Below, piece after piece: positions 37,261 through 51,952 of a DNA stretch of 64,000 bases. The notes below the pieces were generated by a model, which worked only from the letters and a program-made list of their open reading frames with translations, had not been told where the DNA came from and searched no databases. Numbering within the stretch: position 1 is the first letter of the stretch; each line of letters begins with the position of its first letter. The stretch is from Epiperipatus broadwayi. Lineage: Eukaryota; Animalia; Onychophora. The DNA is taken from contig JAQFVV010000002.1 in the NCBI GenBank assembly GCA_028023455.1, positions 12,152,001-12,216,000 on the forward strand, in the 5' to 3' direction. The position numbers and the translations under genes are program-made.

Positions 37261-39480
37261 TATCGAATGAGAAGTCTTAAAATCTTTAATATCTTAAAAA
37301 TAAGCTAAGCTATAATCCAAGGTTACTCATAAATGGTGTAGGATAAGATTATATTTCAAACTATTATATAAAAGATATATTCAGATGATAGCATGATTCC
37401 ATGTTGTATAGATGAAAATTGAACATACTATTTTCATTGGATTAGAAATACAATACTAATCTTTGATAAATATTTCCAATCTTTTCATATCTTTATTGAT
37501 TTTTCTATTTCAGAAAAGGATCTCTTTTGAAAAATTAAAACAGTATCATCAGCATAATGAACTTCTTGCATTCGGTTTTGGAAAGATCACTTATGAATGA
37601 ATTATATATAATAGATGAAAACAGAATCCAGAGAAAGACCATTCAATGAAATTTTACATTTATTTATCATTTAGTCACATTTGGATTTTTCTATTTGAAA
37701 ATATTTTGTCAAATTAATGATTTCCTCCATTTAAGAATTTTAGAAAAAGACCATTTTTCCAAATAGAAACTTAAGTTGAAGTAATAATAAGAATATTTTT
37801 ATTTTATTTTGAAAGCCTTTTCAGTGTGAAATGTTAAGGATAAAACCTGACACTAGAATTTATTCTCTGTCGGGTTTGATTTTCATCTATTGAAAATTTT
37901 TTTGTTAATATGATTCTTTCAAAAAGCTTGTAGGAAACACAAAATAATATCTGTTTAGTTGAGAAACTGCTAGTTTTTCTTTTATGACAAATTTTTGCAA
38001 TACCTTCTGTATAAATAATGTTACTGAATAGTTTTGCCAATTAAGCTTAGATCCTAAATTTTTTAAAAAACATTAGAAGAATGCTATCTGCTTTCTGGAC
38101 CTTCCATTGTTTAAGATATATTCAAGTTCATCAACATCTTTAGGTTTTATTAGAATGATACTTATACAGAACATTGTAAAAGAGAAGCTTACAGATTCTG
38201 TTCTAATGATATCTCATTTTATCAATTTTGGGCTTAAAGTCTGGCATATAAGATTCACACCACCAATAACAGCAATAGTTTTTTCAGAAATAATTTTCAC
38301 ATCCAGTAAAATATATAATAGAAACAAGGTCTTATAACTAAACTTTATAATGTTTTGTTTCTCCATAGTTTCTTTCCACTTTTCTCATCTGGCATTATTC
38401 AATGCTTTTCCAAGTTTGTCAGAAATTTCTAAATCAAAATTGGCTATAAAGATTATTGCTTGTTTTGCTCCAACCTAGAATAAATTGCTTTTGATATCCA
38501 TGACAAATGGACTTTCTGGCAGCTGCTGTCATGAGTTTGTTAAACTTATCATAATAAGAGAAAATTAGACACATTTTATTAATATGCTTTTCAAGATATC
38601 CATTATATCAGCTCCTGTTAACTTTCCTTAAATTATATAAATTTATTTAAATGCACATTCATTATGTAAATAATATTCATTAAGGCTGTAGCCTCAATGT
38701 GGACTTAATTAGTGAAGTATTAAATAGCTTCACACTCTCAGATCGAACAGCTTCAGCTTCACCTATTTAAATAGAAAGTAAATTGAAGTAAAGAAGGGTT
38801 CCCCTCTTTTCTTCCAAGAGTAAGCTTGTGGTTTTAAGACCTGTAGAGGTCCCTACTACCGCATTTTATATGCATGTGATTGAGGCTACAGCCTTAATGA
38901 ATATTATTTAAATTATATAGAAATTAAGATTTCAAGAGTGATTAGACATGGTTTGTATTGACTATAGGAGAAATGATACCATATCACTAAATAGCTCAGC
39001 ATGTAATGGTAAAATATTTTTTATAATAAAAAAACAAATCAAAAATTGTTTAATGATTAAAATCATCCATTTTAAAAGTTGAAAACCTGCTATCATCAAC
39101 CAATAGTATGACAACTACAATCTCCTATAAATACAGAAGGTATAGAAAGATATGAAAGAAAAAGAGACATCCTTGTTACATTGGGAGGTTTGTAAATATT
39201 GCATATGTAAAAGTTATTCATCTAAATTAATATCATTTGAGTTATCTTTAATGGGAGTTATTTACTTTCCAGGACAGTTTATTTGTGACATATTCTATCA
39301 ATAGTCAATGTAAAATCAGAAAATTTAAAATATGCATTATTAGATGAGTCTCCTAAAGTACAATATCAATGTTGTGCTGAATATTTAATTTATAGAGATT
39401 CTTTGTTTTTGATATATTCCTAATAAGGTGAAAAGAAATTTATCCTGTGGAGGATATATCTAATATTTTAATGTGTCCCA
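37260..39480 (-). mobile_element. Decayed RTE-X-like LINE (AP endonuclease plus RT)
   Basis: HNIDIVL*ETH (about 39350), an FP.SQH.P-like segment (about 38960), AAARKSICHGYQKQFILGW, YKLFERIIL, NGLSLDSV and HYADDTV (about 37545). Confidence 0.8.
38667..38910. mobile_element. MITE with perfect 32-bp inverted repeats, inside the RTE-X
   Basis: taaataatattcattaaggctgtagcctcaat (38667-38698) is the exact reverse complement of 38879-38910. Confidence 0.85.
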
Positions 39481-41020
39481 TGGTTGCAAACACCAAGTAA
39501 TTATTTTTAATTTTTGAGAATATAAAATCATAATCTCTCTATTCCTAGCATAGCTATTGTCCATAATTCTACCAGAGTAATCATTAATAGTTTTATTGTG
39601 TAATTTTACATTTTGCTATCATCAACCAATTCATCAAGATAAAGGCCCATTTCCATATGAAGGCTATTTATGCCATATGCTAATGTAATATTTCTCAAAC
39701 TATGTTTCACAGAATACTAATGCTCCAGGAAAAATCAATAAGTGTTCTGTGAAAAATTATGAAAATTAATATAAGCCTTATGAATGTATTTGCTGCATCA
39801 AGTTGAAACATATTTAAACATGCTGAAACATGCCATCAGGGTGCACTGTATATATTTAAAGCTGACTGTGCTGTCAAAAGTAGTTTGCAATCTGTCAAAG
39901 TAATTAGACATCAACTTTGACAGCTGAAGAGATATTATTCATGACAACACTTGTTTATTAAACACATCATTATATTATCGTGCTTAAATATATAAGTTTA
40001 TTAATATTGTAAGCCTTTATTAGTACTTTTGTCTGTTTCATTATATTTGAATTGGCTTGCATAAATTTTGTGACTAAATATTTTTATTATTATTGCAATT
40101 TTTTTATAATTATAAATTATTTCTTATTACAATTACATTAAGTATTTATTTCAGCATTACAGCTTTGAATGATTTTACATATGATTTTATAAGTTACAAT
40201 CTTATTTACTTTACAATCTTTAATTTTTGTTACTAAACAGTTTGGAACTTTTTTTTCATATTTATTTTTGTGTGTTGCAATCTTTTTTATAACACATGCA
40301 GTCCAACTAATATTAGAATTTAAATAGTATACAAAAATTATCTTTGGATTCTTAATTAGAGAAACATTAAAACAAAGATACCCAAGTACTTCTTCTTACA
40401 TATCTATGGTGTCATCTAAAAGCATACTAAAAAAATAGGATGAAAGTAATTTAAATTGTGAATTTGCATGTTTTGGCAATACAGATGCTCCTGATGCATT
40501 GTATGTTTTATATAATAAAATACTAACAAACAATTTATCAGATCCAGTTAATCTCTGCAGACACGTAGAAATGAAATACACTGATTACAAAGAAAAAATA
40601 TACATTTTTTAAAGAGATGATGTGATTTTCTGGAAAAATGCAAAAATTGAAAATGAAAGTCCAACAGAAGTATCTTTTCACATTAGTTATTGCATTTCAC
40701 TTAATGTTGAAGTTTATGTAACTGGAGACATGCTCCTTAAGCATTATGTGAAAGCACTATACCATTCATGTTAAGCAAAGAGTCTGCTAAAAAATAGATA
40801 CATCACAATTATCAAATATGCAACATCAAAGATCTTTCTGCCAACATAAAGAAAGAGCTAATTCATCAACTTAGACTTTGCAGTGAATATGTATCACAAA
40901 TGGAAGAATCTGTAGATATAGCCAGACCCACTATTTTACTAGTGTTTGTTCATTATGTACAGAACCCTGTCATAGAAGTGATGTAGTGGGTGGAATGCAT
41001 GTGGATCCCATGCTTATAGC

Positions 41021-41039
41021 CACACACACACACACACAC
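41021..41039. repeat. (CA)n microsatellite
   Basis: About 9 perfect units. Confidence 0.95.
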
Positions 41040-43065
41040 CCAAAGTGATTAAATAAATAAATAACAAAATTAAATATATATATTCAAAAAACTTAAAATA
41101 GCATAAAACCACTGATACATGTTAGCAAAGTAGCTTTAGCCTATTTAAAATTTTGTTGAATTCCAATAATTTCCTCTTACATAGACAATATATAACATAC
41201 AAAAAAAAAGGTGCATCAAATCTCATGTAGGAACCAATAATCAATAATAAAACCTAATATTCCTGTATGTTTGCAATTCCAATAATTCCTCTTTGAGTTT
41301 ATTCTGCATACTAGCAGCAGGTGCCATGTTACAGGCAGAAAAAAATATTTGCAGAATTCAACTTGACAGCATTACTGATTTTGGCATGCATGTAATAATA
41401 ATGAATTATTAGACAAGTAAGATGTGGCATATGGGACATGTCTATGACTACCAGTAGCTGCAAAGGATAATGTAAGAAATCATTTTATGTTAATCTAATA
41501 TTTATAGAAATCATCAGTTATTGATATTTTATAATTACTTCATTTATTTGAGTCTAATGAAACTAAATTAAGAGCCTATGTGAATATTATTGAATACCTT
41601 TACAATCTGTGTTAATCTCCAACACTCCCAACATGTTGCTAGTATTGTGTAATATATTAAAAATAAGTATTTATTTTTTTGTTAATTCAGTGGGATAAAT
41701 ACTTTCAATTATTACTAAAATCCATAATAGCCATGCCAAAAAAAGGATTTTTTTGGGTGTCAAAAAAGCAAATTAACAGAAAAGAAAGAAAATAAAAGCC
41801 TTAATTCAAAAAGCCACAAGTAGAATTACTTTTGTGGCTACAAAATAAATCTGACAATGAATTGCTTTGCTATTAGCAGTTCCAATTCAAGTTTCAATAA
41901 AAAAGAGAAATGCAAAAAAATTACATAAGTTTGTAATCAAAATGTAGAAACTATGGCAAAACATATAGAATTGCCTAAAGAAAAAGCATGTGTTTACACA
42001 AAAATATTAGAAACAGCAAATAATAACTTACACGTGAAACTCGAAATCTAATGTCAACAAATGTAAGTAATAGCAATAATAACTATTACGATGATGATCA
42101 AGTAAATAGAAGTAATCCAGATTTGTGGCAAATGTTACAAGTAATAAATTTAGATTATTGTGTGTTAAAACCATATCTAAACTAAATAATCAAGATGCTT
42201 TCCTTAAGAATGCTGATAGTAGATCATTTTCTACATCTTACTGTAAAACTCAACCACACAGATGGTTAGTTTACTCAAAATCTTATGAATCAATATATTG
42301 CTTTTGTTTCATATTATTTTCCAAAATAAAAAAAAAATCAATGTACATATTTTGTAGATGGTTTTAATAAATTGAAATTTTTTTTATTTGTAATTGAAGA
42401 TCATGAGCTTTCTGATTGTCGCTTTTATTGCTTAGAAAAAATTATTAAAACAACTTAATTTATGTTTCCCGATAGATAAAACAAATCAAATTAATATAAA
42501 TAAATGGAATGTCATAAAATTTCTTTTCCAAAGAATTGTAGATATGATTTTATTTTCTCAAATAATAATTAAGGTTCTCATGAAGCAGTAGAAGTGCTTA
42601 ATAATGGAAACTTTCTTAAGTTTTATTGAATTTATAAGTAAATATGACTCTATGCTAAAGAATTACATAAATAGAATTAAAAATGTGAAAGACTCATGCA
42701 CCATTTGGCACATAGATCACAAGAGAAATTTATTGCTGCTTAACGCAATAAAGTGCTTAATAAAATTAAAGATAATATAAAAGCAACTACATATTACAGT
42801 ATCCAAATGGATAGTACTTCTGATGTTTCTCACTCAGAATAAATGTCAATAATTTTTAGATGGTAAATTTTGTAGACAAAAAATTATTCATTAATAAATC
42901 ATTTATATAAGATATTATAAATTGTAAGGACAAGCATACAATAAATAACAATATGAAGGGAAAATATAAAGGCAGACAATCCAGAAGAAATCATTTAAAC
43001 TCTCATATAATTTATACATATATTGTCTTGCTTTTCAGTTTCAGAATATAGAAACATTTATACTG

Positions 43066-43529
43066 ACAAAACTCTCCATACAGTAGTGCCACTCAGTGCC
43101 AACCAGAGTAATCAATGGATGCCAGAAGGCTTGTGCATAAAATCCCCATCTAGTGCCTACTCATCCAATATCCCCAGACTAGTTTCTGGCTTGTGGCCTT
43201 CATCAGTGAGGAGCTTTGGATATGAGAGCACTGCACCTAGATCTTAGGATCTAATGCAACCCTCCAGCAGCCACCTTTTATCTCTACTTAACTACAAAAC
43301 AAATTGAAAACACAATAATATTTTCAATCTAAGCTCAATAGCTTATATAGTCATATGGGTCTGAACCCAGTTCAGTACCCATACATTATGGTGTCTTTGG
43401 CTCTTTAACAACCATAGCCACCATTATCCTATTAGGCAGGATTGGTGTTAAACCACTAAACATCACATGATCACTATTTCTTATCCTAGTACATATAAGA
43501 AATAGTGATCATATGATGCTTAGTGGTTT
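43066..43529 (-). mobile_element. HHR-bearing element family A, copy 2
   Basis: Reverse-complement homolog of 27118-27609. Perfect 13-bp direct repeat AACATTTATACTG at 43053-43065 and 43530-43542. Confidence 0.9.
43171..43212 (-). ncRNA. Hammerhead motif, family A copy 2
   Basis: TCCTCA-CTGATGA-A-GGC-CACAA-GCC-A-GAAA-CTAG-TC-TGGGGA: intact core, 6-bp helix I with one G-U pair, ACTAGT palindrome. Cleavage predicted between 43177 and 43176. Confidence 0.82.
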
Positions 43530-46500
43530 AACATTTATACTGCTTATTTTCTGCATTTACAAAAGAGTGGGAAATTATACAAAGGCATTTAAATATTATC
43601 CTTAAATCATTATGTGTGATATTCATTAGGAAATCAAAATAGATTCAATCAAAGCAGCATATACACAATTTGAACAAACTTGCAATGCATTGAAACAATT
43701 TATTGATACAATTAATAATAACACAACAGTCTTCAAAGTTCAAAGTGGCTATTAAATTCATTACAAAAAATGTCATTTATTTTAAGTGTATTAGTATGGT
43801 TTTCACTGTTGTCAAAAATTAATAGTATCAACAAACTATTGGAAGCAAAAACAATTATTCTTGACTTGGCTTTTAATTTAATAAACAAAAATTAAAAACG
43901 AAATCCAAAAATCAGCATAGAACATGAAAATTTCAGAGAACTTTCCTGAGAAACAAATTAGAAAAAAACATTCTTTTCCAAACTAGTAGAAAATGAAATA
44001 TTACAAGATCCAGTAAAGGAATTTAAATATAACTTTTTCAACATTGTGATTGATGCTGTTATTATGTAAATAAAAGATTCAAAAATAAATCTAATATTAT
44101 TTTTAGTTTCAAATTAATCACTTCTATAAAAAATTAGAAAATCCCACAAGAAATTTTGTAAGATTTTATAAGGATATAAATGAAGTCTTAATTAAAAAAT
44201 TGTTTTATTATGAAAACTGATTTTGATTGAAAACGATGTAACTTACACCCAAGGCATATTGCAATATATATTAAACAATAATTATAATGAACTTTTCAAA
44301 ATATGCTAATTGCATTAAAAACTTTCTTTAAATTGCCAGTTATTACAACAAATGCAGAGCATTATTTTAACAAATTAAAATATATAAATGATTACCTTCA
44401 GTCAATTGTGTGTAAGACTGCTTAAACACACTATATTAAGTATCAAGAAATGAATTGCTAAAAATTGTAATTTTCCTAATATGATTAATGATATGGTAAA
44501 AAAAAACCATATGTTTAAATATATACATATGATACAATATACATTCTTTTGTTTTTTAAATTATTATTTTTACCTTTAAAAATTTTTTAGAGCTCCTAAA
44601 GATCTCTTGCACTTGGGCTCCTTTATAGAAAAGGCTGCCCTGATTATATATTTGATAAAAGTATTGAAGATTTATTTAGCTGATAATTTTTCTAAGAAAT
44701 AGCTACCAAGAAGATATATTAAACTGTATTTAGATAGTGTTCAAGAAATGGTAGGAAACATGGAGTTACAACACATATTTTGAAAGCAGCTACAAAAGTA
44801 ACAAAAAAAAAATTTCACATAATCCAAAAAACTATTTGAATGAAGCCATAAAAATAATCAATTATGTAAAATCTCAACCACTTTAGTACAGATAATGAGC
44901 AATGAACATACTGCACTTTTATTACAAGCTAAAGTCAGATAGTTATACAGAGAAAGAACATTATATTGAGAACCTTTGAACTACATAATGTGTTATTGGT
45001 TTAATCCATCAAACAATTTAGGACAGAATTTCATTAAAATTTTAACAAAGGCTTCATGGTTGATAAGTCTGCTTGGCAGATGTGTTTTTACTAAGTGCAA
45101 TAAAATTGACTTATCATTACAATAAAAAAAATTATAACATTTAAAACAAGACATAAAATTGCATCTTTTAATAAGATGTTACAATTCTAGATTTCTATAG
45201 GAACAGAATAATTTTGATTGTTTTAGCAAACTAACATCAATTTTTAATAAAATAAATTCTGAAATAGATGTTGAAGCATCCCAATATAATTTTAGAACAC
45301 TTGCTTGATGTAGAATAAATCATTTAGCAATATTTTCCAAAGTCCAGTTAGTACAATTCCAGAGTTCAAAATCCATTTATAGTAATGGCTAAGCCAATAG
45401 ACTTTAACACGAGTGATAATGAAAATCTAATTGTTTTAATTAGTGACACTGATTTAAAACAAAAACGCAAAGAACTGCCATTAAAAGATTTCTGGAAAAA
45501 TTTAAAGAGTATCCCAATGTATCAAAAATAGCTATTCGTGTTTTGCTTTCTTTTACAATGAAAATTTTATGCAAGGCAGAATTTTCATATTATGCTAAAG
45601 TCAAATTAAAGTACAAAAACAGACTTGATGCTATACTGAATAGGAGACATTATATTGCATATGAGAATTCATCTTTTTAATATTGTGCCTGATATCAAAA
45701 GAATTTGTAATTCAAGGGCCTAAAAACATGTCGTTAAGATTGTAATTTTACTATATATACACTAATTTGTTTTACATAATTAAAATTTGAGAAGAAATGT
45801 TTGTTTTCTTTTCTTAACTCTTATATTTACTTGCTCAATTTATTTATTATTAATATCTGTTTATACTACAAACAAAATTTCAGGATTTGTGCGAAGTGTT
45901 CCCATTGGATGAAAAGTTTAAAAAATTCTGTGTTAATACATATTACTTGCAGATATGAACCATAAGAAGGCTGTCATCCATCTACTCCCATTCATCATGA
46001 CAAGCTTTGGATGGAAATGTTAAATATGGGACATCTTCTGCATTTGGTACAATTGTTACTTACATAAAGAGTAAATAGTCAGAATGAGATCAATACAGAC
46101 ATTTTTTATCACTTTTAAAGTGAAAGAGAAATGAGGTAAACTATGACAATACTTATTTAATATTGTGAAAAAGATAGTAAAAGATTTCACATCAGGGAAA
46201 TTCTAAATAAGAAATTTTCAACATGCAGAAGATGGTGGCAATGAGCATTTTAGATAGTTTTGGGGGTGATTCTGGATTGAAATTAAATAAATTTTCAACA
46301 TGCAGAAAAATCAGCTAAGGATCAGACAAATGAAATTAAATTTGGAAAGATTATTATCCTGCAGCCAATTAATAATAGCTGAAAATTATAGCGATATGTA
46401 CATAAAGCAATTAATATATTCATTTGCTATAATATGAAGTTTGAATCTTGAGCTAAATAAAACAAGATTTTTTTCTTTCAGATAGCTGGCTTACAGACAA

Positions 46501-47049
46501 CTCAGTAAATCAAACCAATAATAATCAGTAAATCGGTAACTAATTAGTTCTTGAAAACACACACACACAGAAAGGATGAAAGTTCTAAAACATTCTTTAC
46601 CTAGGCAATTGGAAAAATTGCTAACACCTTCTCCTTTACTATTTTTCATGGAAAAGTGATATTTAAAAAACTTATATCCTAAAATAAGCTGTTTAAAGAT
46701 TAATTTTTTTTATATCTTATATATAGGATGAATCAAAAGTAAAAAGACAGTTATGGATAATTTTTTTCATACTTTTTTTATGGTTGTAAAAGCAGAAAAC
46801 ACTGTTTTTGAAGTAACTGTTGATAAAAGTTTTGTTCTGTAAGAGTTTTAAACAAAATTAGTTCTGGAAAACAGATATAATCTTTGATTTTATCTATTGT
46901 TAAACACTGAACAGTTCAAGTTTGAGCAGTAATACTTCACTTCACCAAATATCAACTATTTCAATCTTTTTAAATTGAGAGAGGTCTGACATTTCTAATT
47001 TGCTTGAGATATGTTCTATTTTTTCTAATTTACTTTGATACTTTTTAAT

Positions 47050-49030
47050 AATTTTGCACATAAAATTATTATATTAATACATATTTTCATTTATATATGT
47101 TATAATGATAAATGCCTGTTATTTTTGTCATATTTACAATGTGAACTAATTATTCAAGTCATAACTGTATTATGAGATAATGAAATTTCATTACCTGAAT
47201 ATGAAATGATGCCTTCCATACCATGAAGTAAATTATCCATTTTAACTTGGAAAATATTAGGCACAACTGTAATACCATATGGTAACTTATTGCATTTGTA
47301 AAGTCCCAAATTAGTAGTGAGGGTTAGTAATTCCTCCATTCTATCAGTGATAGGAATTTGATGAAAAGCAGACTTTAAATCTATTTTTGCAAAAAAAGAG
47401 GTTTTTGCAATGATGCTAATAATTCATGTATGCTAGGAATGGAATGGACTCCTCTACTGATAAACTTATTTAGTGTAATCTCCACTTAAGCACATACACA
47501 AATTTTGCTTCATAATAACTACTAATGAAGTAGCCGAAGATGAGTCTTCTGCTAGTGTTAATATGTCTTTGTGAAACATTCTGTTAAGAGTCTTTTCCAC
47601 TTTTTCCTTTAATGCAAATGTAAATTTATATGGCTTGCACACAATTGGGTGAATATCCTTTATTAGTTCCATGTCAATCAGTTATGTCAATAATTCCACT
47701 GATCCTAACTTGAACACCCTAGAATACTTCTTCCTAACTACTGCTTCCAATTGATTACCTTTATATGGATTCCCAAAGGAATGACAGTAGTTTCTCCCTA
47801 ATGATGAGCTAAAATCTTTATTGATGATATTCAATGATAGAAATTTAACCTTAGAATTTAATTTCACAAGTACAGTCACTTTTCCATGGATCTGTATCTT
47901 ATTTCCATTAATAGTCCATAGCAATAATATCAATTTTCATGAATGACATTCTTACATCTATTACTAATTTTCATTCAATCTTTATTGATAATAATGACAG
48001 ACCCATTCCATTGTCAACTTCAATGATAATTTTCTACTCGAATAAATTCATCTCCATAAGAATATGATCAATATTCACATCATTTAACTTCTTTATACTA
48101 TATTTACTACTAACTCCTTCTCCCCAGATTTATAGTCTGGCATTATATTTGCTTTAACATCCTTGTCTTTATTGTGGAAATACCTGCTAAATGTCCTGTT
48201 ATATTAACAAATATTCCATTTTTCACTTCTAAATCTGCAGTTTCTCTTGAGGTGGCTATTTTTCCACAGCAGTAATATGTTAAAACGCTTTTTTCACTCT
48301 TTGAAGCCCACTCTATCTTTATTTGTTTTCTTTATTATATTTATTTAGAGAGTATGAATTCTGATACATTATCTAAGAGTTTCTTGTGCAATGCATTTTT
48401 CTATTGTGCATTTGTAATTAAGGTTCAGGTCACTTAATAATACTTTTCTACAGTTATCACCTCTTATTACATATAATAGTTGCCTAATAATATATAATTT
48501 AACTCTAGACCATCGTCATAATACTTTTCCACTGTCCTCAGAGCTATATCATAAGCTTTCTATTCTTCAGTCATAGTCATACCACCCATTTAGTTATCAT
48601 AGGTGTAAAATAAACATTTAATTTTGCCTTCAACTCTGGATAGGGAACTTCTTTGAGAGTCCTAAAGACATAGAGTTGATATGCCAATTTCAATACATCT
48701 TTTCCATAAACCACACAAGCATAAATATTTTTTTATTTTATTATTTTCTGTTTTATTTATGAGCATATATCTTTCAATATGGTTCACATTACTCTTCCAA
48801 AATGCAGCATTATCCATATTGAATTCACAGATGTTGCTGCTTAGTTAATATTATTTTTCTTGTTAGTTGTAACAGCTATATGCATGCCAATTTATATTTA
48901 TCCCACAAATAGTTATATTAATGCTATTCCACTATGTTTCTCTGGATTTTTGTCCCATTGTTGACTATGCCATTCTGCTATGTTCTGAGAGGATTATTAG
49001 CTCAATACCAGTCAGGAACTCAGTACAATT
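47050..49030 (-). mobile_element. Decayed Ty3/Gypsy (Mag-like) gag-pro-RT
   Basis: Double zinc knuckle YYCCGK.SH...C.F....C...GH (about 48190-48280), protease EVDNG and SLGRNY, RT FALKEKVEKTLNRM...SATSLV...GDY and LTTNLGLYKCNKLPYGI...PNIFQ..MD.LL.G. Confidence 0.9.
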
Positions 49031-49579
49031 TGAAATAACAAAACAAGTTTATTCAATGTGAAATAACAAAATAGAAAAAGAAATGAAGATTAAATAACAA
49101 TTAAAAATTTCTTTCAAGTCTAAAATTATCCATTGCATTGTATCTTAATTAAATAAAGAAAGTCCTTCACTACCAATTCTGATATGATTGATTGCAATAT
49201 ATACATATGTTATGAAGAACGAACCTTAACTTCGACAGTTATCATATCAATAGCATACTGACAATCTGCTATGGGAATATTTTATTCATATACTATCTGC
49301 ACGTATTTATATAATTAAATAATAAACTTTAGTTACACTGCATATATCGCACAGACGATCCACTTTATTTATTAAAATGAATATTATACTGATAGAATGA
49401 TTTCAACAAACGAGTCAGAACTAGCTATGATTATGAGAAGTACAGTTTCTCGAAAGCGCTCAGCCATTTTAATTGACTAATTGTTATTAATTATACAGCT
49501 TTATGTTATAAGTGTGATAGCACTATTTAATATTATCATAAAATGAATATAGTATTTATTATTGTTGCAGATTAATTAA

Positions 49580-49970
49580 TAGAAGAGCAATACAGAGACT
49601 TCAGATCACTCAAAGGAGTATGGAGAGATGCATGTTGGGAGTAACAAGAAGAGATCAAAAATGCAATACATGGGTAAGAGAACAAACAGATGTTACTGAC
49701 CTCATTAAAAAAATTAAAATACTGAAGTGGAGTTGGGCTGGACATATTGCTAGAAGAGATGATAATAGATAGACAATTAAAATCTTAAACCGGATTCCAA
49801 GAGATTGTAAAAGATCCAGAAAGAGACCACATGTGAGATGGATGGATGAAATAAGAAAGTGTGCAGGGGTGATGTGGAGATGAGAAGCTAAAGATCGAAG
49901 AAGATGGATTGAACTTGGAGAGACCTTCATCCTGCAGTGGATTGATAATGGTTGATTATGATGATGATAC
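49580..49970 (+). mobile_element. 3' end of an RTE LINE, same family as 21250-23450
   Basis: QRSMERCMLGVTRRD, LKWSWAGHIARR, RPHVRWMDEIRK, ETFILQWIDNG*, then a (TGA)n tail. Confidence 0.92.
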
Positions 49971-51399
49971 AACAGTACTATATAGTAATTTAAAATCTTT
50001 TAAAATTTTAATCTTTACAGAAAATAGATATTGTACTTTAAGGTCATCTCTCTATGTTTATGTGTGTGAGATTTTATTCAATGGTTATATTTAATGAAAT
50101 TAAATTGTAATTACTCAATCTAGAGTATGCGATTCACAATAATTGAAGATATATTATAAATATGTAAAGCACTAGTAGTAATTTAGCATCTTTAAAATAA
50201 AATACATGTTAAGAAAACTAAAGACAAGTATTTTTTAATAAATAAAACGATAAGATTTTATTTATTAAAAGCATGGGTTTGGTTTTAAAAAAAGTTGTGA
50301 ATATCAGTTCCAATCTGATTACATGTTTATATATCTGCATATGTGTTTGCGTGATTATAAAGAAATAGAAATTCGGAAAGATATTAATTAATGTCCAAAA
50401 AATATCACTTAATACTTATAAAAAAATCAAAGTAATATCAAATACAAATGATATTTTAAATGCCTTTTTTTAAGTGCTACTAAATTTTTATTTATTATAA
50501 TTACACCTTTAAACTTAATCTTTATGAATTCTTTAGCATGCAGTAAAAAACATGAAAACACAAAGTAATAATAAACTTAATAAAAAGACAGCTTAAAGTA
50601 ATTCTAAGAACCCCAACAATTTTATTGATTGGCCAAATGATTCATGGGAAGTGTTTTCAAGATGAAAAACTTTGTGATGCAGTGAGTTGAAGTATTATTT
50701 TAATTTATTTTTTTTTAAAAAATTTACAGCAAACTGCGCCCTTTGAAGATTATTGATTTAATATTCTCAAACAACAATAAAAAAAAGTATTAATATGTGG
50801 GCTTATTTCATTATTAAAAGTTTATAGACTACTGAACAAAGTTTTACGTCAAAGAAATGCATAAATTATATCTTTCTTAAGCATAAACAAAAAATAAGTT
50901 CATCTTTGAAGTACAGTTCACATTTTCCTGCTAACAATTTGAGGAAAAACTCACATTTTTTAAAATATAACTGCTTAGTTTTCTCTCCTATACAAAAGAT
51001 AAATCAATAAAATAAACAACACATCAGCAGTAATTTCATAAACAGACAGAGCATCTTAAATATTATTGAAATATAAAATTAAATTCTTAACACAATTTAT
51101 AAGAAAGTAAGATAGTAATGCAATATAAAACTTTTGAAATCATTTAATACATTTTTTAGATTTGTTTATCAAATTTTTATTATTAAAATTAATTGAACAA
51201 ATTGATGTTGAATTTTTTTGTATATATTTTCAAACAAATTTATTTTAAAATACTCTAGCGGCAATTTATTTTTTAAAAATTATTTATATACTATAAATGA
51301 GTATTAACGGCAGTCTGCAGGAGAAGGATCTTTCCGATACTTCATAAATTTCTATTTAGCAATTTTTATCTACTCTTACACTTTTAGAGACGTTACCTT

Positions 51400-51700
51400 T
51401 AATGCTTCAAAGCTATTTTTCCAATCATGAACCCAAATCATCTTTGTTTGAATTAATGAATTTTACGAAATTTAGACTCAAATCATTTTTTTTATTCCCC
51501 TTTACTTATTATTCCCAATATATGTATTTTTTGAAGACTCTTGTTTTATAGTCTCCATTTTTTTAAAATCTAAACTTCAAGTTTCGCAGCTATAAGTTAA
51601 AACAATCTATTTTAATAAAACTTGACATTTTAAACCATGAGAATATAATTTATTTTAAATGTTATGCATTCCTATATATAAATATCCCTTTTTTTTTTTA
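51400..51700 (-). mobile_element. Short RTE-like LINE fragment
   Basis: Minus-strand VLTYSCETWSL-like motif (about 51570-51610). Confidence 0.4.
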
Positions 51701-51907
51701 ATATATATTTTTAGCAAATACATAATTATCACTTTCTACATTAACTTACTCTACCCAAAGCAAAATTAATCATTGCTTATATTTTTATATTGGACTATTT
51801 TCATCAACTAATATAAGTATTAAATGTCTTTAAAAAAAATTAACTTTATTAAAATATTTCAAATACATTCAACTGTTAGTAATAGCACAACAAACAGATT
51901 AATATAT

Positions 51908-51952
51908 GCACTATGTTTTGAGAAGTATTATTTTCCCCTCTTCTTCTGGTGT
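51908..51952 (-). ncRNA. Decayed hammerhead motif, PLE minus arm
   Basis: CAC-CAGAAGA-A-GAGGGG-AAAATAATA-CTTCTC-AAAA-CA-TA-GTG, with substitutions at U4 and G12. Confidence 0.65.

Larger units (their letters stand above)
40960..44642 (+). mobile_element. Second hAT transposon (TTF zinc finger / DUF4371 type) nested in the Buster element
   Basis: RSFS...HRWLVYSKSYESIYCF, NNGNFL, YYSI.MDSTSDVSHSE, LKSL, IALK...LPV..T.AE...KLK. CAG...CTG termini; flanks attatgta (40952-40959) / attatata (44643-44650). Confidence 0.85.
39686..45930 (+). mobile_element. hAT Buster/Charlie-type transposon, decayed, split by a nested insertion
   Basis: Left end taatatttctcaaact...cacagaatac and right end ...aagtttaaaaaattctg; flanks tgctaatg / tgttaata (nnnTAnnn). 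Transposase segments DLSANIKKELIHQL, MEESVDIA...LLVFVHY, EAIKIINYVKSQPL, EHTALLLQAKVR*LYRE. Confidence 0.85.

Noticed and set aside
50620-50760. Mariner C-terminus (GKCFQDEKLCDAV)
   Set aside because: Single short motif with no inverted repeats or catalytic residues.
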